Origin: Macrostomum lignano | Taxonomy: Eukaryota | Direction of reading: 5' to 3' | NCBI GenBank assembly: GCA_002269645.1 | Contig: NIVC01000294.1 | Location: 1-64,000, forward strand | DNA length: 64,000 nt | Notes under the pieces: model-generated | The model's input: only the letters and a program-made list of their open reading frames with translations | The model's database searches: none | What the model was told of the DNA's origin: nothing | Made by a program: the position numbers and the translations under genes | In this document: piece after piece, positions 17,168 through 31,400 of the stretch | Position numbering within the stretch: the first letter of the stretch is position 1 | How the letters are laid out: the number at the start of each line of letters is the position of its first letter

Positions 17168-17640
17168 GTGGGGGTTGATAGATCAATAACAAAATAGGAC
17201 ACGTGATGACAATTACTACAGGGGGTTGATAGATCAATAACACAATAGGACACGTGATGACAATTACTACAGGGGGGTTCATAGATCAATAACAAAATAG
17301 GCCACGTGATGACAATTACTACAGGGGGGTTGATAGATCAATAACAAAATACTGGTAGGACACGTGATGACAATTACTACAGGGGAGTTGATAGATCAAT
17401 AACAAAATAGGACACGTGATGACAATTACTACAGGGGGGTTGATAGATCAATAACAAAATAGGACACGTGATGACAATTACTACAGGGGAGTTGATAGAT
17501 CAATAACAAAATAGGACACGTGATGACAATTACTACGGGGGAGTTGATAGATTAATAACAAAATAGGCCACGTGATGACAATTACTACGGGGGAGTTGAT
17601 AGATCAATAACAAAATAGGACACGTGATGACAATTACTAC
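17168..17640 (+). repeat. ~52-bp minisatellite (ggggttgatagatcaataacaaaataggacacgtgatgacaattactacag)
   Basis: About 9 copies, each with a CACGTG hexamer. Confidence 0.92.
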
Positions 17641-18159
17641 TTTTACTACAATTACTACTTTTAGAGACTGCGTTTAACGCTTCCAAAGCCTGTTTTGGCC
17701 CTTCCAAAGCCTAAACAAATCCTCTGTTTCAAAACCGAATATTTAAGTCTACTTGTGCAGAGGCACTGCCGTTCATAGCATGCTAATCTTCACTTCCCGC
17801 TGCCATGCGGACAGAATGCCAAATAAAACTTTGTTTGGATCACTCAGAGTTTGCTGACTGCTTCAGGGTCATACGGTTTTTTTATTCGAAACGATATCGA
17901 TCCCCGTTCGTTCGAGGATTCCTTCTCTGCAGCAGAAGCAGAGAGGCGGAGGCAGTAGCTGAATGGAGAGAAAAAACAGACATAACTAACGTTATAAGAA
18001 TCACTCTGTAGAGCCTTCGACTCTGCCAACTAAAAAATAAATTTCAGTTTTGAGCTGCACACAAAAGTGAGTCCCGTGAGCGCGTAACTACCATAGCTAA
18101 TTTAGGAAGTTAAGCATACTGTCCTAACAACTGAGACTGGCTCGGCAGGCAATGCTCTG

Positions 18160-18560
18160 CTTCTAGAAGGAGCCGGACAGAAGTCTGCTGGTAGCAGCTC
18201 GGGGAATGGAATTGCTACGGCCATAGAGGGAGACGTGAAACGCCAAGCTTACGCTTTTTCTAGATCGATTGAAGCTCAGGAGGAGTGAGGCGGCCGCGTA
18301 GTCGCCATATTTCCATAGTTGGTCAGGAAACGCAACCAGACCACCAGGGCTGCGGCCAACCAACCCCACCCTCCTGAAGCCAGCAAGTTGCTTACAACGG
18401 CAACTTTGAAAATTTAGCTGCCTTCGCTTGCCGTCCACCCGCCTCTCTGCCGCCTCCTCTCCGTTTTGAAGGAGGCGCCTGGGCTGGTGGCGCTCACTAG
18501 CTGCGACTTCCGTCAGAGAGGGAGATCGAACTCAGCGCCACAATACGATCGTGGGGGCGT
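18160..18560 (-). mobile_element. Possible highly degraded non-LTR (RTE/CR1-like) reverse transcriptase fragment
   Basis: Across shifted minus frames, in order: QLAGFRR..GRS (like QAGFRxGRS), LRFLTNY..RPPH..ASIDLEKA* (like LRQLxEK..RPLH..FIDLEKAYD), HVSLY..SIP..RLL. No YADD motif seen. Confidence 0.4.
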
Positions 18561-19373
18561 GCTTTGAGAAGCTTCGAGAAATCGATAGCGCCTCTTCTAG
18601 GCGTTTGGGGGAAGGGAAGGAGAGGCTATTGATTTTCTTCATTCAGCAATGGCCACCGCGTAGACTGCGCTTGCCCAGCAACAATAGACAGCCTTCCTCT
18701 GCATGGGCTCCCAGTGGAGGAGACGGTATGCATATTTCGTTGGCGACTTCGAACCGAAGGGTTTATTGTAATGGCTTCCTCGGACCCACAGTTTTTTCTT
18801 TCGAAGTGGACGAGAGGGAAGGGAGGCGGTTGGGGGTCTGCGATGAGCCGCCCCGGTAGATCTGGCGGGGTGGCCATTATCCGCCTGCCAGCAACTGTTA
18901 TGCTGGTAGAGTTCCACGGTTGGCGAAGCTCAGATAGAGCCAGGTGCATTTTCTGACTCAACTGACGCTCGCCCCACACTCCCAACTCCGCCCGCTCGCT
19001 ACCAACTGCCGCTCGATTTTTCTCGCGTCAGCAAAGCTTAAGAAGCGCAACAGCCGAGCTGTTTTGCCTGGTCGCACTCCGCGAGCCCTTATTCCCGCCG
19101 CTCTTGCTGCTAGTAGTTTTATCCCCGCTCTAGGAGACCTCTGAACTGCGAACCGAGGCAAACGGATCCGGCGGAGAGGTTATCTTAGGCTCTTTAACTG
19201 GAAATTTGCTGCCTCTCACCTGGCGAGGAATCTATTAAAGAGCTCCTCACCGGTGCGAATATCGGATTATAATATCCTCTCCGTGTTTTTCCCCTCCCAT
19301 CTACTTGCCCAGTTGGAACAACACAACAGGTTGTTGTTAACTGTTGTCGAAAGACGCCAACCGGAGAGCAGCC

Positions 19374-19461
19374 ATGCGCACAGCACTGTGGCTGCCGTTG
19401 GTAGTCTGCGCCGCGTTGGCCCTGTCGGTGGAGGGCAAACCAAGCGACGCGGCCGTTTCGA
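19374..19461 (+). other. Signal-peptide exon of the giant gene (absent from the ORF track)
   Basis: gccATG, MRTALWLPLVVCAALALSVEG-KPSDAAVS: basic N-terminus, hydrophobic core, V-E-G cleavage-like site, then a phase-1 donor A|gtaagt. Confidence 0.8.
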
Positions 19462-22400
19462 GTAAGTGCTCAGCTCGATTTATCCGTAGCGGCGATTCCA
19501 GTTAGTGATGCTCTGATATTGTGTAGCTTGTGTAGAATCTACAAAATTATTCTGCATAGGGAAATTCCCTGTGGTGGGCTTATTGCTGACAGCGACTCCC
19601 TGTGGTGGGCTTATTGCTGAGAGCGAATCCCTGTGGTGTGTTTGATGTACACGTCGCTTCGCAGCGAGGCTGTTTACTAAGTGTAGAAGCTAATTTGATT
19701 TTTAGTGATTTTTCCCTGCCAGGGAAGATTATCTCGACGAATGGAGATTGATAACGATTGTTGAAATAGATAAATTTTATTTATGATTCGCAAAATTTTC
19801 GCAAATCACAAATATTGCGCCTGTCATGCAAACTTACCAGGCACCCGGAGCAAGAGCTGTCCACCAGGCAGCAAGGTGAGCTACATCTCGAAGAAGTGGT
19901 GCAAGTGCGAGCCACCTCAGCCTGAGTTCTACGGCTCCCTTATTTTTGTCATCGACATCACGGGAAGCATGCAGCCCGAGCTCAACGCCGTCAAGGAGAA
20001 CATCGAGCGCATCCTTAGAGCCAATACACGCTTCAAGGACTACGTGGTAGCTCTGTTCGGCGATCCCTACATTCGCAGGGTGCGTCGTTCTTCTAGCAAG
20101 AGCGTAATCTGGAACTTTATCCGACCGATTCGGGCTTCTTCTGGCGGCGACTGCCCCGAGTATTCGCTGTCCGGCATTGAGGACGCGCTCAAAGAGGCCC
20201 ACGGTAAATCAGTGCTGTTCCTCTTCACCGACGCCGCCGCTAAGGACCGGAAGACGAAGGAGAAAAAGGTGATCGCTATGCTGAAGAAGCGACGCGTTGA
20301 GGTGATCGTGATCGCCACTGGTCAACTGTGCCATGGCTCTTACAAAAATGAATACCATAATCTGGTAAGCGTTCGCGGCGGTCGGGTGATTCGCATGAAC
20401 AAGGAGGAAATCAGCGACGTGAGTAATTTTGATGCAAATGCGCTTTGAAGACTGCGAACTAAACTAGCGGAGGTGATCGTATTCCGCCTATTTTCCTATT
20501 TCTAGGTGATGACCTACGTTATCAAGGGTGTGAGCGGCAAGCTCAGTTTTAAGGGCTTTCCCAAAGACGCTGACAAACTCCGAGCCAGCTTGGAAGGCAG
20601 TAAGTCACTAGATGCCCGTTTAATTGGAGATAATGTGTTAATGTGTGTTATGCATTCAGCGCTATAAATGCTCAATCTGACTCAATTTAAGCCTGCTCGT
20701 GTCGCATCGCCAAGATCAAGAAGTGCATACCACTGCCAAAACCAAAGCCAAAGCCAAAACCAGGTAAGTAATTATATGACATGTACGTACGAAGTAGCCA
20801 TTTTTTCGATGTACTCCTACTCCTGATAGAATCAATAAAAGGCTAGGATTGTTGCTAAAAATCTTCCAGTTCTAACTGAGTTCATCGAGTATAAAGCTTA
20901 GAACTTTTCAAGCGTATTATTTTTAACTTAGCTCAAAAAAACTTAATTTACACTTTTTACTTCGTCAATCTCATTAAGATTGTCCGCGTGGCTTCAAGAA
21001 GCAAATAAAGAAAGAGAAGACCTGCTCTTGCAAGCCGATCCGACCAGAAAACAACTACGGCTCGCTGATCTTCGTCGTGGACATCACTAATAGCATGCAG
21101 ACTGAGATTGACATTGTCAAGGACAACATCAAGAAAATTGTGAAGGCCAATCGACGATTCAGCAATTATGTCATCGCCACTTTCGGCGATCCCTACGTTC
21201 GCCAGGTGTTGAAGTCCAACGACAAAAAAGAACTGTGGGACCGTCTTGACAGCATCTTTGCCAGAGGCGGTGGCGACTGCCCAGAATACTCACTGTCAGC
21301 CGTGGTCGATGCTGCCAAAAAAGCCGACGAGAACTCTGTGATGTTCTTGTTCACCGACGCATGCGCCAAGGACTACAAAACTAAACTGGACCAGGCGAAA
21401 AAGATCCTGGTGGAGAAACACACCCAGATTATTACAGTGGCCACTGGAGACCTGTGCAAGAAACAGCGATACCCGTATCACAACGAGTACGATATTCTTG
21501 CCAAGGCTACAGGTGGTCAGGTAGCCCACCTGAGCAAAGGACAAATGAAAAAGGTAAGAGAAAAAGATGGTAGCAGTAAAATTTTATAGATGACACGTGC
21601 TTAGTGAGGTACTCAGACCCGAATCCGAATCGAACACTTTTTCTGCAGGTGATGAAGTTCATGTTGAAGGCCGTTGCCGGCGAGGTCAGCTTCCAAGCTT
21701 TCCCATCATCAGCCTCCAAGCTGGATTCTGTTCTTAAGGGCTGTGAGTGATGAGGGAGGCTCTTAATGATCTACTAGAATAATGATTTTCTTTAAATTTC
21801 ATATTATCCAATTAATTTTTTGTCTCCAGCTTGCGAATGTCGTGAGGAGCTCCTTATCAGCTGCGTCAAGATTGGTAAGCAACACGAATCAATGGCTAGT
21901 TGTTTTCAGTTTGAATCGATTGCATATTTGAGCTCGTGAAAGAAGTACTCATATACCAGTAATAAAACAACTAAAATACCTAAATTTGCTGTAGACATCA
22001 AGTGTCCGAAGGACTACGCTAGCAAAGGTCGCTGCGTGGATGGCAAACGAACGGAAACCCGTTACACCTATCGGGTTGTCAAGGGAGTGTGCGTCAAGTC
22101 GGGTGAGAAAACGATTCGCTACAAAGGCTGCGAGCACACCAAGTGTAAGAAGTCCAAATTTGTCTGGTCGCCCTGTGTGGCGGGCTGGAAGTCTCGAACA
22201 GAGTACCTCTACACTTACAAGGAGTCAGCGCGCAAGTGCGTGCGCACCTCTCGCAAGGTGGGACGATCCAGGTGCAAGATGCCTTGCCCAGTCTACAAAC
22301 GCGTTCTGAAAAAGGGCTCCTGTTACCGCCACAAGGGCAAGTTCTACAGAAATGAAAAGTACCAAACCAACATTCGCCACAAGGTTTACCTGTGCAAGCG

Positions 22401-25400
22401 GGTTACAAAGACCCGGCGCGTTCGCTGTAACTGTGAGTATGCTCTATTTAAACTATTTCAAAATGCTCAGATCAATAGACAAGCTTGATTTTTGTTGACT
22501 TTAAAAATTTTGCACACAATTTTAGTGTCACCCTGCCCGAAATCGCGAGTTGTCCGCGGCGTGTGCAAGGCGCAAAGCACTCGCGGGCACAAGAAGGGAC
22601 GCAAATCGGTTACTTTCAGCCATTCATCTGGGCTCTATACGCACGACAAGCACATTTACTATGTGCGCAATTCCAGAGCGAAGTGCGTTCGCAAAGTCCG
22701 AGTTCAGCGACGCCTGTGCGCCACGAAGAGTGAGCAGAGTTACGGCTATTTTAACGACTTACGTGATCAGAATTTTGGTTGCATCTTATTTTGCGATAAA
22801 ATAGAAAGTCCCAGAAATAAAAGATATTTACAGGGAAACCCGGCACGAGCCCGCTACCAACGCATGGAGAAAGGCACAAAGCTTTATTTATTTAGAGACA
22901 GGGGGCTGTGTGCCACGTGGCACACTTAAGGCGACATTGTCACACAACCATTACTGCCCATTCTGCCGACTACCCTGAGCAGGCACACAAGCGCGCGGAT
23001 ACGTACGCAGTCATACGCACAGGCCTAACTTTATTTATCGTTAGGCATGTACACTTCACTGTGCCTTGGGGGTTGGCCCTCAATGGCGTTGATTGCACGA
23101 GCATTCCAATTTAGCCCCAAATTGATGTGACTGCTTTTAGAATCGAGCCTGGGCCGCTGGCACATCAAAGCGCCGTGCTAGACCACTGGGTTACGGTCCC
23201 CCTTAGATCCAAAGCTTACAGAAGTTGGTTCTTGTTATAGCTTATAAATCTCATGCCGCTTAGTAGTTGTGTCTAGAATCTAATTGCGTATCAAAATATT
23301 CAGTTTAAATAAACCTTTATTATATATAGTAGCAACAAAATAAGTTTACCATTTTCGTTGACTCACAGTGTGCCGCTGCTTTGCCATCGGCGATCCGCAC
23401 TACAAAACGTTCGATCGTCTTCGCATTGACTTCTACGGCGGCTGCAAGTACATATTGGCTGAGACCGTCAGCTCCAGCGGTGAGTGCGCATTCCGCATCT
23501 CAGGCAAGAACTGGTACCGCGGGCGCAAGCTCAAGCACCGAGTGTCTTGGACCAAGTACATCGAGCTCACAATCGGAGGCCACACGTACAAACTTGGTCA
23601 GCAGCGGCTGCTGTTTGTGGACAATCAGCCAACTCTGGTGCCGCATCGACTGCACGACGGACTTGGCTACATCTTCTACTCCGGTCGGGCCATCGAGTTC
23701 GCCTCGGAGAAGTGCGGCATTAATGTCTACTGGGACGGCAAGAGCGCCGCTGGTGTGCAGATCAACCGGGCCAAGTACGGCGGTCATGTGCGCGGTCTCT
23801 GCGGCAACTGCGACGGCGACGCTAGTAACGATCTGACGTAAGTCTTTTATTGACTAATAGCCTTGTTCGCACGGATTTTCGAGCTTGTGTATTTGTGTCC
23901 ACGACTCACACATTCTTTGTCAGCAATTTTAAACTCTCCTTTTGCTACTCGTAAGTAGGTGATTTATTACAGAGTGTTAGGCATGAAGATTTCCAGATTC
24001 TAAAACAAAATGGAAAAATGAATCATCTCTACCACGAAAGATGTTAGATTATCTTTACATTCATTAAATTAAGTGATAATAATATTCAATAATAATTGAT
24101 TACACCTGCCCCAACTGGGCCAGATGTGCAACCGACAGCTCAGCCGCAGCTATTGCGCGGCGCATCTGAAGGCTGCGTACGGCTGTTCAGTCCAAGGACT
24201 GGGGGGGGGGTCACCACACACACCCTTAATAACCCCAGCTAATGCTGGCACCCATTCTACAGCTGGGTGAAATGAAGCAATGGAGAGTTAAGTGTCTTGC
24301 TTAAGGACACAAATTGTTCCAGTGGGATCGCGAATCGAACCCCCGACCTTTCAGTAGTGACTCCGACGCTCTAACCACTAGGCACAACCCCCTTTAAGTA
24401 CTACTTTTAATAAATTTAAGTACAACTTTAAGAATTAAAAAGGCTATGGAACTAAAATTGGCCTGAATTTTCAGCGACAGAGCAGGAACAGTCTACAAGG
24501 ACCGGTCGTACGCCAACGTGCAGAAGCTCGCTCTCAGCTACCTGGTCACCGAGAAGAGCGAAGAATCTGTGGAGGAGATCGAACGCTGCAAAGACTCGGA
24601 CGGCCCGCCTGAGATCTCTAACGAAGTTGAGAAGAAGTACAGCGAGAAGGAATGGTGCGGCATCATCTCCAAGGACAGCGGACCATTCAGCAAGTGCCTG
24701 TCTTCTGGCAAGATCAGCTACGAGTTCTACTTCCGCAGCTGCGTCATCGATCTGAGCTTGCTAGAGGAGCAGCAGACCCTGCTGAAGCAGACTTACTGCG
24801 AGATCATTCAAGCCGTGAATGAGGACTGCGCCGAGGTCGGCTTTGAGGGAATCGACTGGCGAACTCACACGGACTGCAGTGAGTGTCCGCGACGATTCTG
24901 CATCACCGAATGTCATTACTTCTACCTTTTCCTAACCAAAATTGACTCAAAATTTCAGCGCCGAAGTGCCCGGCAAACTCGCACTTCACAACCAAGATGA
25001 ACCCGTGCCCAGCAACCTGCGAGTCAGCGATATTCCACACGAAACGGCAGTGCTTCAAGCTGCCAAACCGAGAGGGCTGCGAGTGCAAGAACGGCTACGT
25101 GTTGGATGGACAGCGCTGTGTCAGAATGGGAGAGTGCTCCTGCTTGTGTAAGCTCCAACTTGAAAATTACCTTTCACACCCTGTTGTTTTATCTCACCTG
25201 GCTGGCGCAAATAAAATTTTAAATCCCGCAAAATTCCAGCTTGCAATGACGCTGCACCAGCCAAGCAGTGCGCCCGCTGGAAGCGTCAGGGCCACTGCAA
25301 GAGCCTGTTTGAGACGTCCGGTATGCTGATGGCCTGCAGAAAAACCTGCGGATTCTGCCACGAGAGTAAGTGTTCATCTTAATTAAGTGCTCGCAAATAA

Positions 25401-28400
25401 ACGGTTGATGAATCAATCAAAACAATAATTTACCATTACACAGAGCCAGCCTGCGAAGATTACATCGCCAGTAGCGTCTGCGCCAAGGCCAAAGCCAGAG
25501 GTAACTGCGACAAGAGCTTCTACAAGCACTTCTGCGGTCTCACCTGCAACTGGCGCAACTGTCCCTGCCGATCGGGTAAAACCATCCGGGGCAAATGCGG
25601 GAGCGATCTCACTAGAAAGGTGACCATCTTCCGCTACAAGAGAGGCCGAGACAGAGAGTGCACCCTGGACCAAGTTGTGCGCCGCGAATCGTGCGGAAAG
25701 TGCGTTAGCAACGTAGAAAAATCCTGGGGCAAGTGCAACTACTGCACAGGCAAACGGGTCGGCAAGAAGGTTGAAACCTACAAGTTCGTTGTCACAAATA
25801 TCTAAACTTGTCGTGTACCATTTATTTATCATTTAATATGAACAGTGTACTTAAATTTTTCAAACAATACACACTTTTAGATCGGGTATCCGATGTCTGA
25901 AGCGAAGATCCGCAATCTACATGTCCTGCAGTCTCTGCAAGTTCCCCAATGGAAAGACTCGCAAAGTCATTGATAGATTCTGCAAAGGCGGCAACACCAT
26001 CATTACCAGGTACAAGGTGAAGCGACAGTCTGGCTGCTACAAGTGCAGCAGCGAGAAAACCTTTACAAGCAAGGTTATATCCTGTCGAAAGAACCCTCGC
26101 GTGTCCACAACGCCGGTTCGTGGCACCAAGACGGAGAAGCTGAAAATCTGCGTGTACCATCTGCGCAGGTGTCGCTGCTTGGAGTCTTGCAAAACCATCG
26201 TCCAGCCCACCGAGTGCAAGCCGAGAAGCCTCATTAAGAAACGGTGCGTTATTCGCAACCGAGCGCCCGTGTGGAAGTCGTTCTGGCAGTATGAGCGTCT
26301 TGTGCGCAAAAAGCTAAAGACAAGGTGCGAGAGGTACAGGAGAACGCACATTGGCCGAGTTGGTAAGTAAAATTACATAGAGGCAGTTTTTGCTTATTAA
26401 AATCAGTTCAAGTGCAGCAAATGGTTGAATTTTCGCTATTTCAGTTTGCCCCAAGCGACTGAAATCAATCACGATTCGCGGCAAAAACTGCAAGTTGTCG
26501 GCAAGAATAACTTTTTACCACGTCAGCTCCAAGTGCGCCTGTACCAAGGTGGTCAAGTATCGATCCAAGGGATTCTACTGCTGCCCGAAGCCCAAGACCA
26601 AGAAAGGACCCTGCAGCATTAAGCGCGGAGTCAACGTGATGCGCACGGTTCGCACAACATTCTACAAGCTGGTGAAAGGAAGTTGCATCAGGCAGACGAG
26701 CGGCAAGCGACACCAGGTGTGCAACTGTCGTCCAAATCGCTTCAAGCGTGATTGCCAGTTTGGCAAGCTCAGCCAAAGAGTGATGAAGTGCCGACTCACT
26801 CGAGGATCGCGAGGCAACTACTGCAAGTGCTGGCAGGAGAAGATAGACATTCCAGTGACCTGCCGCGCCACCTCGACCAGGAAGCTCACCGGATGTACCA
26901 TTAGAAAAGGCCTCAACAGATTCATGAAAGTTCGCTACTTCTATTCTGCTAAGGAGCGCTGCAAGTGCGTCAAAAGGCATCGCGATCGCCTGGTGTGGTG
27001 TGGTAAGTTTTAAAAGCTGCATCAACGCTTCTTTCTGTTTGTAAAAATATACCATTTAATCAATTTTGTTCATATTTTCGATCAAAACAATTTTTTAGGC
27101 TGTCATAGCAAGCCGATGTACGAGGTGAAGCCATGTCCGAAAAAGTGCAAAGACCCCAAGCGATGCAGTAACAGGTGCGTCAAACAGCACATCCGTTACG
27201 TTGGCATGATGAAAGTGCGCAACAAGCGCAAGGTTTGCGTCAGAAAGATTGTAAGCCTAAAGAAAGAGCGTTGCTGCTGCTCACCTGTTGTCTTGGACCT
27301 GAAGCCGCGCAAAAAGTGCGTGTCTGGCAGTCTGCTTATAAAGTACACCTACTCGAAGAAGCTCTGTCATGGAAAACGTTCCAAGCTTGCCCAGTGCTGC
27401 GTTGTTCGGCGTTCTAGGAGCAGGCGAGTCGCTTGCAAGCAGGGAGTGATCAAAACGGAAGCCTCTAGATGCGGCAGAAATGGATATTTCACCATCACCA
27501 AAACCATCGCTAAGCTCAAAAAATGCAAATGCACCAGGAAAGTTCGGCGCTCCACGTGCCGCTGCAAATGTCCAAAGAAAAAGAAGCGCGTTGCGTGCGA
27601 TGCTGGGAAACGAATCTGGCGAGAGACTATTGTGTCATACAAAATCGTCAATTGTAAGTGTAAAAGACGCGTTGTCGCTCGCGAGTTCCCATTGAATCCG
27701 TGCAAAAGGATGCCGAAGTCGCCATCTAAGGTCGGCAAGTGCAACAAGAAGGGCATCAAGAAGCTGTACTACTTCTATTCTGTTAGATCCGGATGCAAGT
27801 GCAAGAAGAGGACTAAAGTTCGAACCTGCCGCTGTCGTAAGCTGATGCTCTTAAATTGAAACTTTTTTCGAACGTATTGTATTTTAAGCAGAAGCATACA
27901 AGCTACATTTTTATCCTACACACTCAGGCTGCTCTAGCAGAGTCTCGTACACCAAATGGAAATGCAACGCCAAGTCGGGACTGCGCACGCGAGTTAAGAC
28001 CTACGTGGTCAGGCGCGGATGCCACTGCGTGGCAAAGAGAAAGGTTGAAAAAAGGCAGACACGTAAGAACACGGCGTAGATGTCTAAATATCTTTTTTAA
28101 TTAAGTTGTTTTGTATCGAGAAAAGTACATTTTAGTTTCGCTCTTTTACAGGTTGCCATCGCAGACGGAAGGTTGAGAAGATTTGCCGGCGCGGGGTCCT
28201 GGCTTTCTTCCTAAGGGAGTACCGACGACGTGGCTGCAAGTGCAGCTGGAAAGTCACCAACGTAGTCAGAAGACGTTGCGATCCTCCTCAGCCGCCCAAG
28301 GAGATTGTAAAGAAGAAGTGCATCAGTGGCAACGTGCGTGTCCTCATCCGCACAAAAATTAGATGGGTAAAGAAAACTATTAGGCTGTTCGATAAGTACT

Positions 28401-31400
28401 ACCATTACACGGAGAAGGTGGTTTCGAAGAGCCGTAATTCTAGCACGGTGACTTGCAAGAAGCGGTTCTTCCCCCCCGATGTTCGCCCGTGCAAGAAAGG
28501 AAAGTACCTGAAAGTTACCAGGTATGTCTATGTTGGCAAATGTAAATGCAAAGTTGGAGCCAAGCGGGTGTTTAAGAGCTGCATATGCCGGAAGAGCATG
28601 AAGAGAGAGTCAACTAAATGTGACAAGAAGCGTTTTGCCATCGTGTCCACTTGGAAGTACAGAAAGTGGAGCTCAGCTCAGGAGAGCTGTATTTGGGTCA
28701 GGAAGACAGTGAGAAGCCCGGTCCACTGCTCATTCAAAAATAGAGTGGTCCGCGGCCGATGCCTAAACGGTAAGACGTACAAGATCACCACTCATGTTCA
28801 ACTGCCTGATCGTAATAAGTGCAAGTGTCTCAAGCTGAAGGAGTCGAGAACAGCCAACTGTTTCTGCAAGCCAATTGTCCGTAGAAAGAAATGCGACAAG
28901 GGCTCTTGCGTACGTTTTACTGTCACCACGCCAATGAAATGGAACTACAAGAAGTCCAGATGCGTTCCGTTCGGAAAAAAAGTCAAGAAGCGCATCATTT
29001 GCTGCTGCAGCAAATCGGTCAAGCGGAGAACATACTGCGCCCCTGACGGTCATAGAAGGGTTACTCGAACTTGGCAAGTTTATTCCTCTCGACCAATTCC
29101 GCGTTGCATTCAAAAGAAGCGGACAGACAAACTGGTGATTAACTGCCAGGCGGCAAAATACCAGACTCGGCTGCTGAGAAGGAAATCCAGTCGAAGCGCT
29201 TGCGGCCGAAACAACTACCTGGTCATCAGATACTACAAACTTCGTCTGAACAAGAAAAAGTGCACTTGCGAGAAATACGTTTACAGGAAGAAACGCTGCC
29301 GCTGCCGCTGCCGACGCGGCGAGAAGTTCGAGCGCAGTTTCTGCAAGAAGGGAACCAACAAACGCGTCCGTGTATACTCTCGAATGCTGTTGAAGAACTG
29401 CGGCTGCGTTAAGAAGTTAGTCTTCCGCGCCAGCAGCGTTCGGTGCCGCAGGAAGCCTATCTCCACAAAATGGAGCCGCTGCAACAAGAAGTCGTGCCAT
29501 CAATATCGCATTGACACTGTGGAACGTCCACGCAACTGCAAATGCAAAAGCCTGATTCGACGCAGGGTGAACATCCGGCGCAAATGCTGCTGCAACAAGC
29601 AGACAACTTCGGACAGCGTGTGCACCAAGATGGGCTGGAAGGTTACAACGGTGTACTACACCTTCGATATTAGAACCCGCCGGTGCGCCAGGAAAACGCG
29701 ACAGAACGTCGTACAAGATGACGAGCTGATCAACTGCAAAAACAACCCGCGACACACTCGAGTGAAGGCCGCAAACTGTGCCCTCGTGATTTATCACAAT
29801 AGGTACTGGATTGACTTCCGTAAGTGCGAGTGCAGGAAGAAGTCCCGACCAGTGAAGGCCGGAAAGTGGTGCTGCTCTAAGAAGCGGCGAGTCAAACGGC
29901 ACTGCAGAAATCGGATGTTTGTGTTTGTTACAACCGTGCAGAAACTAAAAGGAATGAAATGTGTAAACAAGTACTCCTACAGAAAGAAGTCTGTCCCATG
30001 CAAACGGGGCCGCAATGTCAGAGGAAAATGCAACAAGGCAACAGGCTGGGCCACCGACTACATCAGCGAGGCGCGAGTCATGCTTAACTGTTTCTGCAAG
30101 AAGACGCGCGTGCCGAAGAAAAGGCGCTGCGGTAGGCATGAATAATTTAACTTTATACACCTACTGTGCATTCATACACTTCACAGTTAACTAAGCACTT
30201 AATGCTACAAATACTTTTAGCCTGTCCGAAGCCACGATACATCACTGACTGCCTTAAGAACGCCGGAATCGTTCGAAAAATCAAGATTTCCTTCCTTCTC
30301 CGTAGCGGCCGGTGCGTCCGAAAGCGCAAAGTCATCTCCGAGACAAAGGTTTGCACGAAGAAGCCGGTGCTGCATCACTCTAGCGGCTGCAAGAGCAACA
30401 ATTACATCACTGACACGTACAAGGCTCAGAGGCGGGTTGGATGCGACTGCTTCACGAAGTACTTCAACAAGCAGAGGCTTTGCCGTAAGTATATTAGAAA
30501 ATTTACCCATGTTTTTATTGGAAATGATGAATTAATTCAGTTACGCTCATTAATAATAAAAATTTTTCAGGTTGCGAACCTTCTAAAAGCAAAAAGGCAA
30601 TTTGCAAGGGCCGCTATCTCCGGGTTCTGCACTACATGCACTTTGTGAACAAGAAGTACACTGCTTGCAATAAGAAGATCGTCTCGAAGGAGAAAGTTCC
30701 AATCCGTGAGTGTGGCCAAACAAATTAAATATTTTAATTGCCATGAGACCCTTGAACTTTTCTAATGTTTAAATAGTTAAAATATCCCACAATTTCAGGG
30801 TGTCGCAGTTCGACGAACATCGGAAAGTGCCAACCGTCCGGCATGAAGGGACGCATGGTGCAGAGGATCGAAAGAATCATTAGACACATCAAAAAGTGCA
30901 AGTGCAAAACTAAGCGAGTCATCGAAAGTACAAGGATTTGCAAGTGCCCTGACGCCTACAAAAAGAAGGGATCTTGCAATAGAGAGACAGAGAAACGAAA
31001 GATTACGTACTTTAGCTTTACTCTCAATTCGAAGAGAACCAAGTGCCGGCGGCACCAGCGCATCACCTACGAGGTTTGCTACTGCAACAAGCGGGCTCGC
31101 AAGACCACTAAGTGCGACCGGCGCAGCGGAAATAAACTCATTATCTCTACCTGGCGACAGTTCAGCGCTCGCACAAAGTCCTGCGTTCGCAAGAGAAAAA
31201 CGGACATCAGGGAAGTCCAGTGCGATGAGAAGACAACCAGGACCAAAACCGACTGCACCGCTTCCGGTTGGCGCACCGACATCATCAAGAAGCATTACAA
31301 AGATTTCAAATCTTGTTCGTGCCGCCATTCGCCTCGCCCTATTAAGGTGCGCTGCGAATGCGTTCCAAAGTGTCATAAAAAGGTCGTTCGATGCGTTGGT

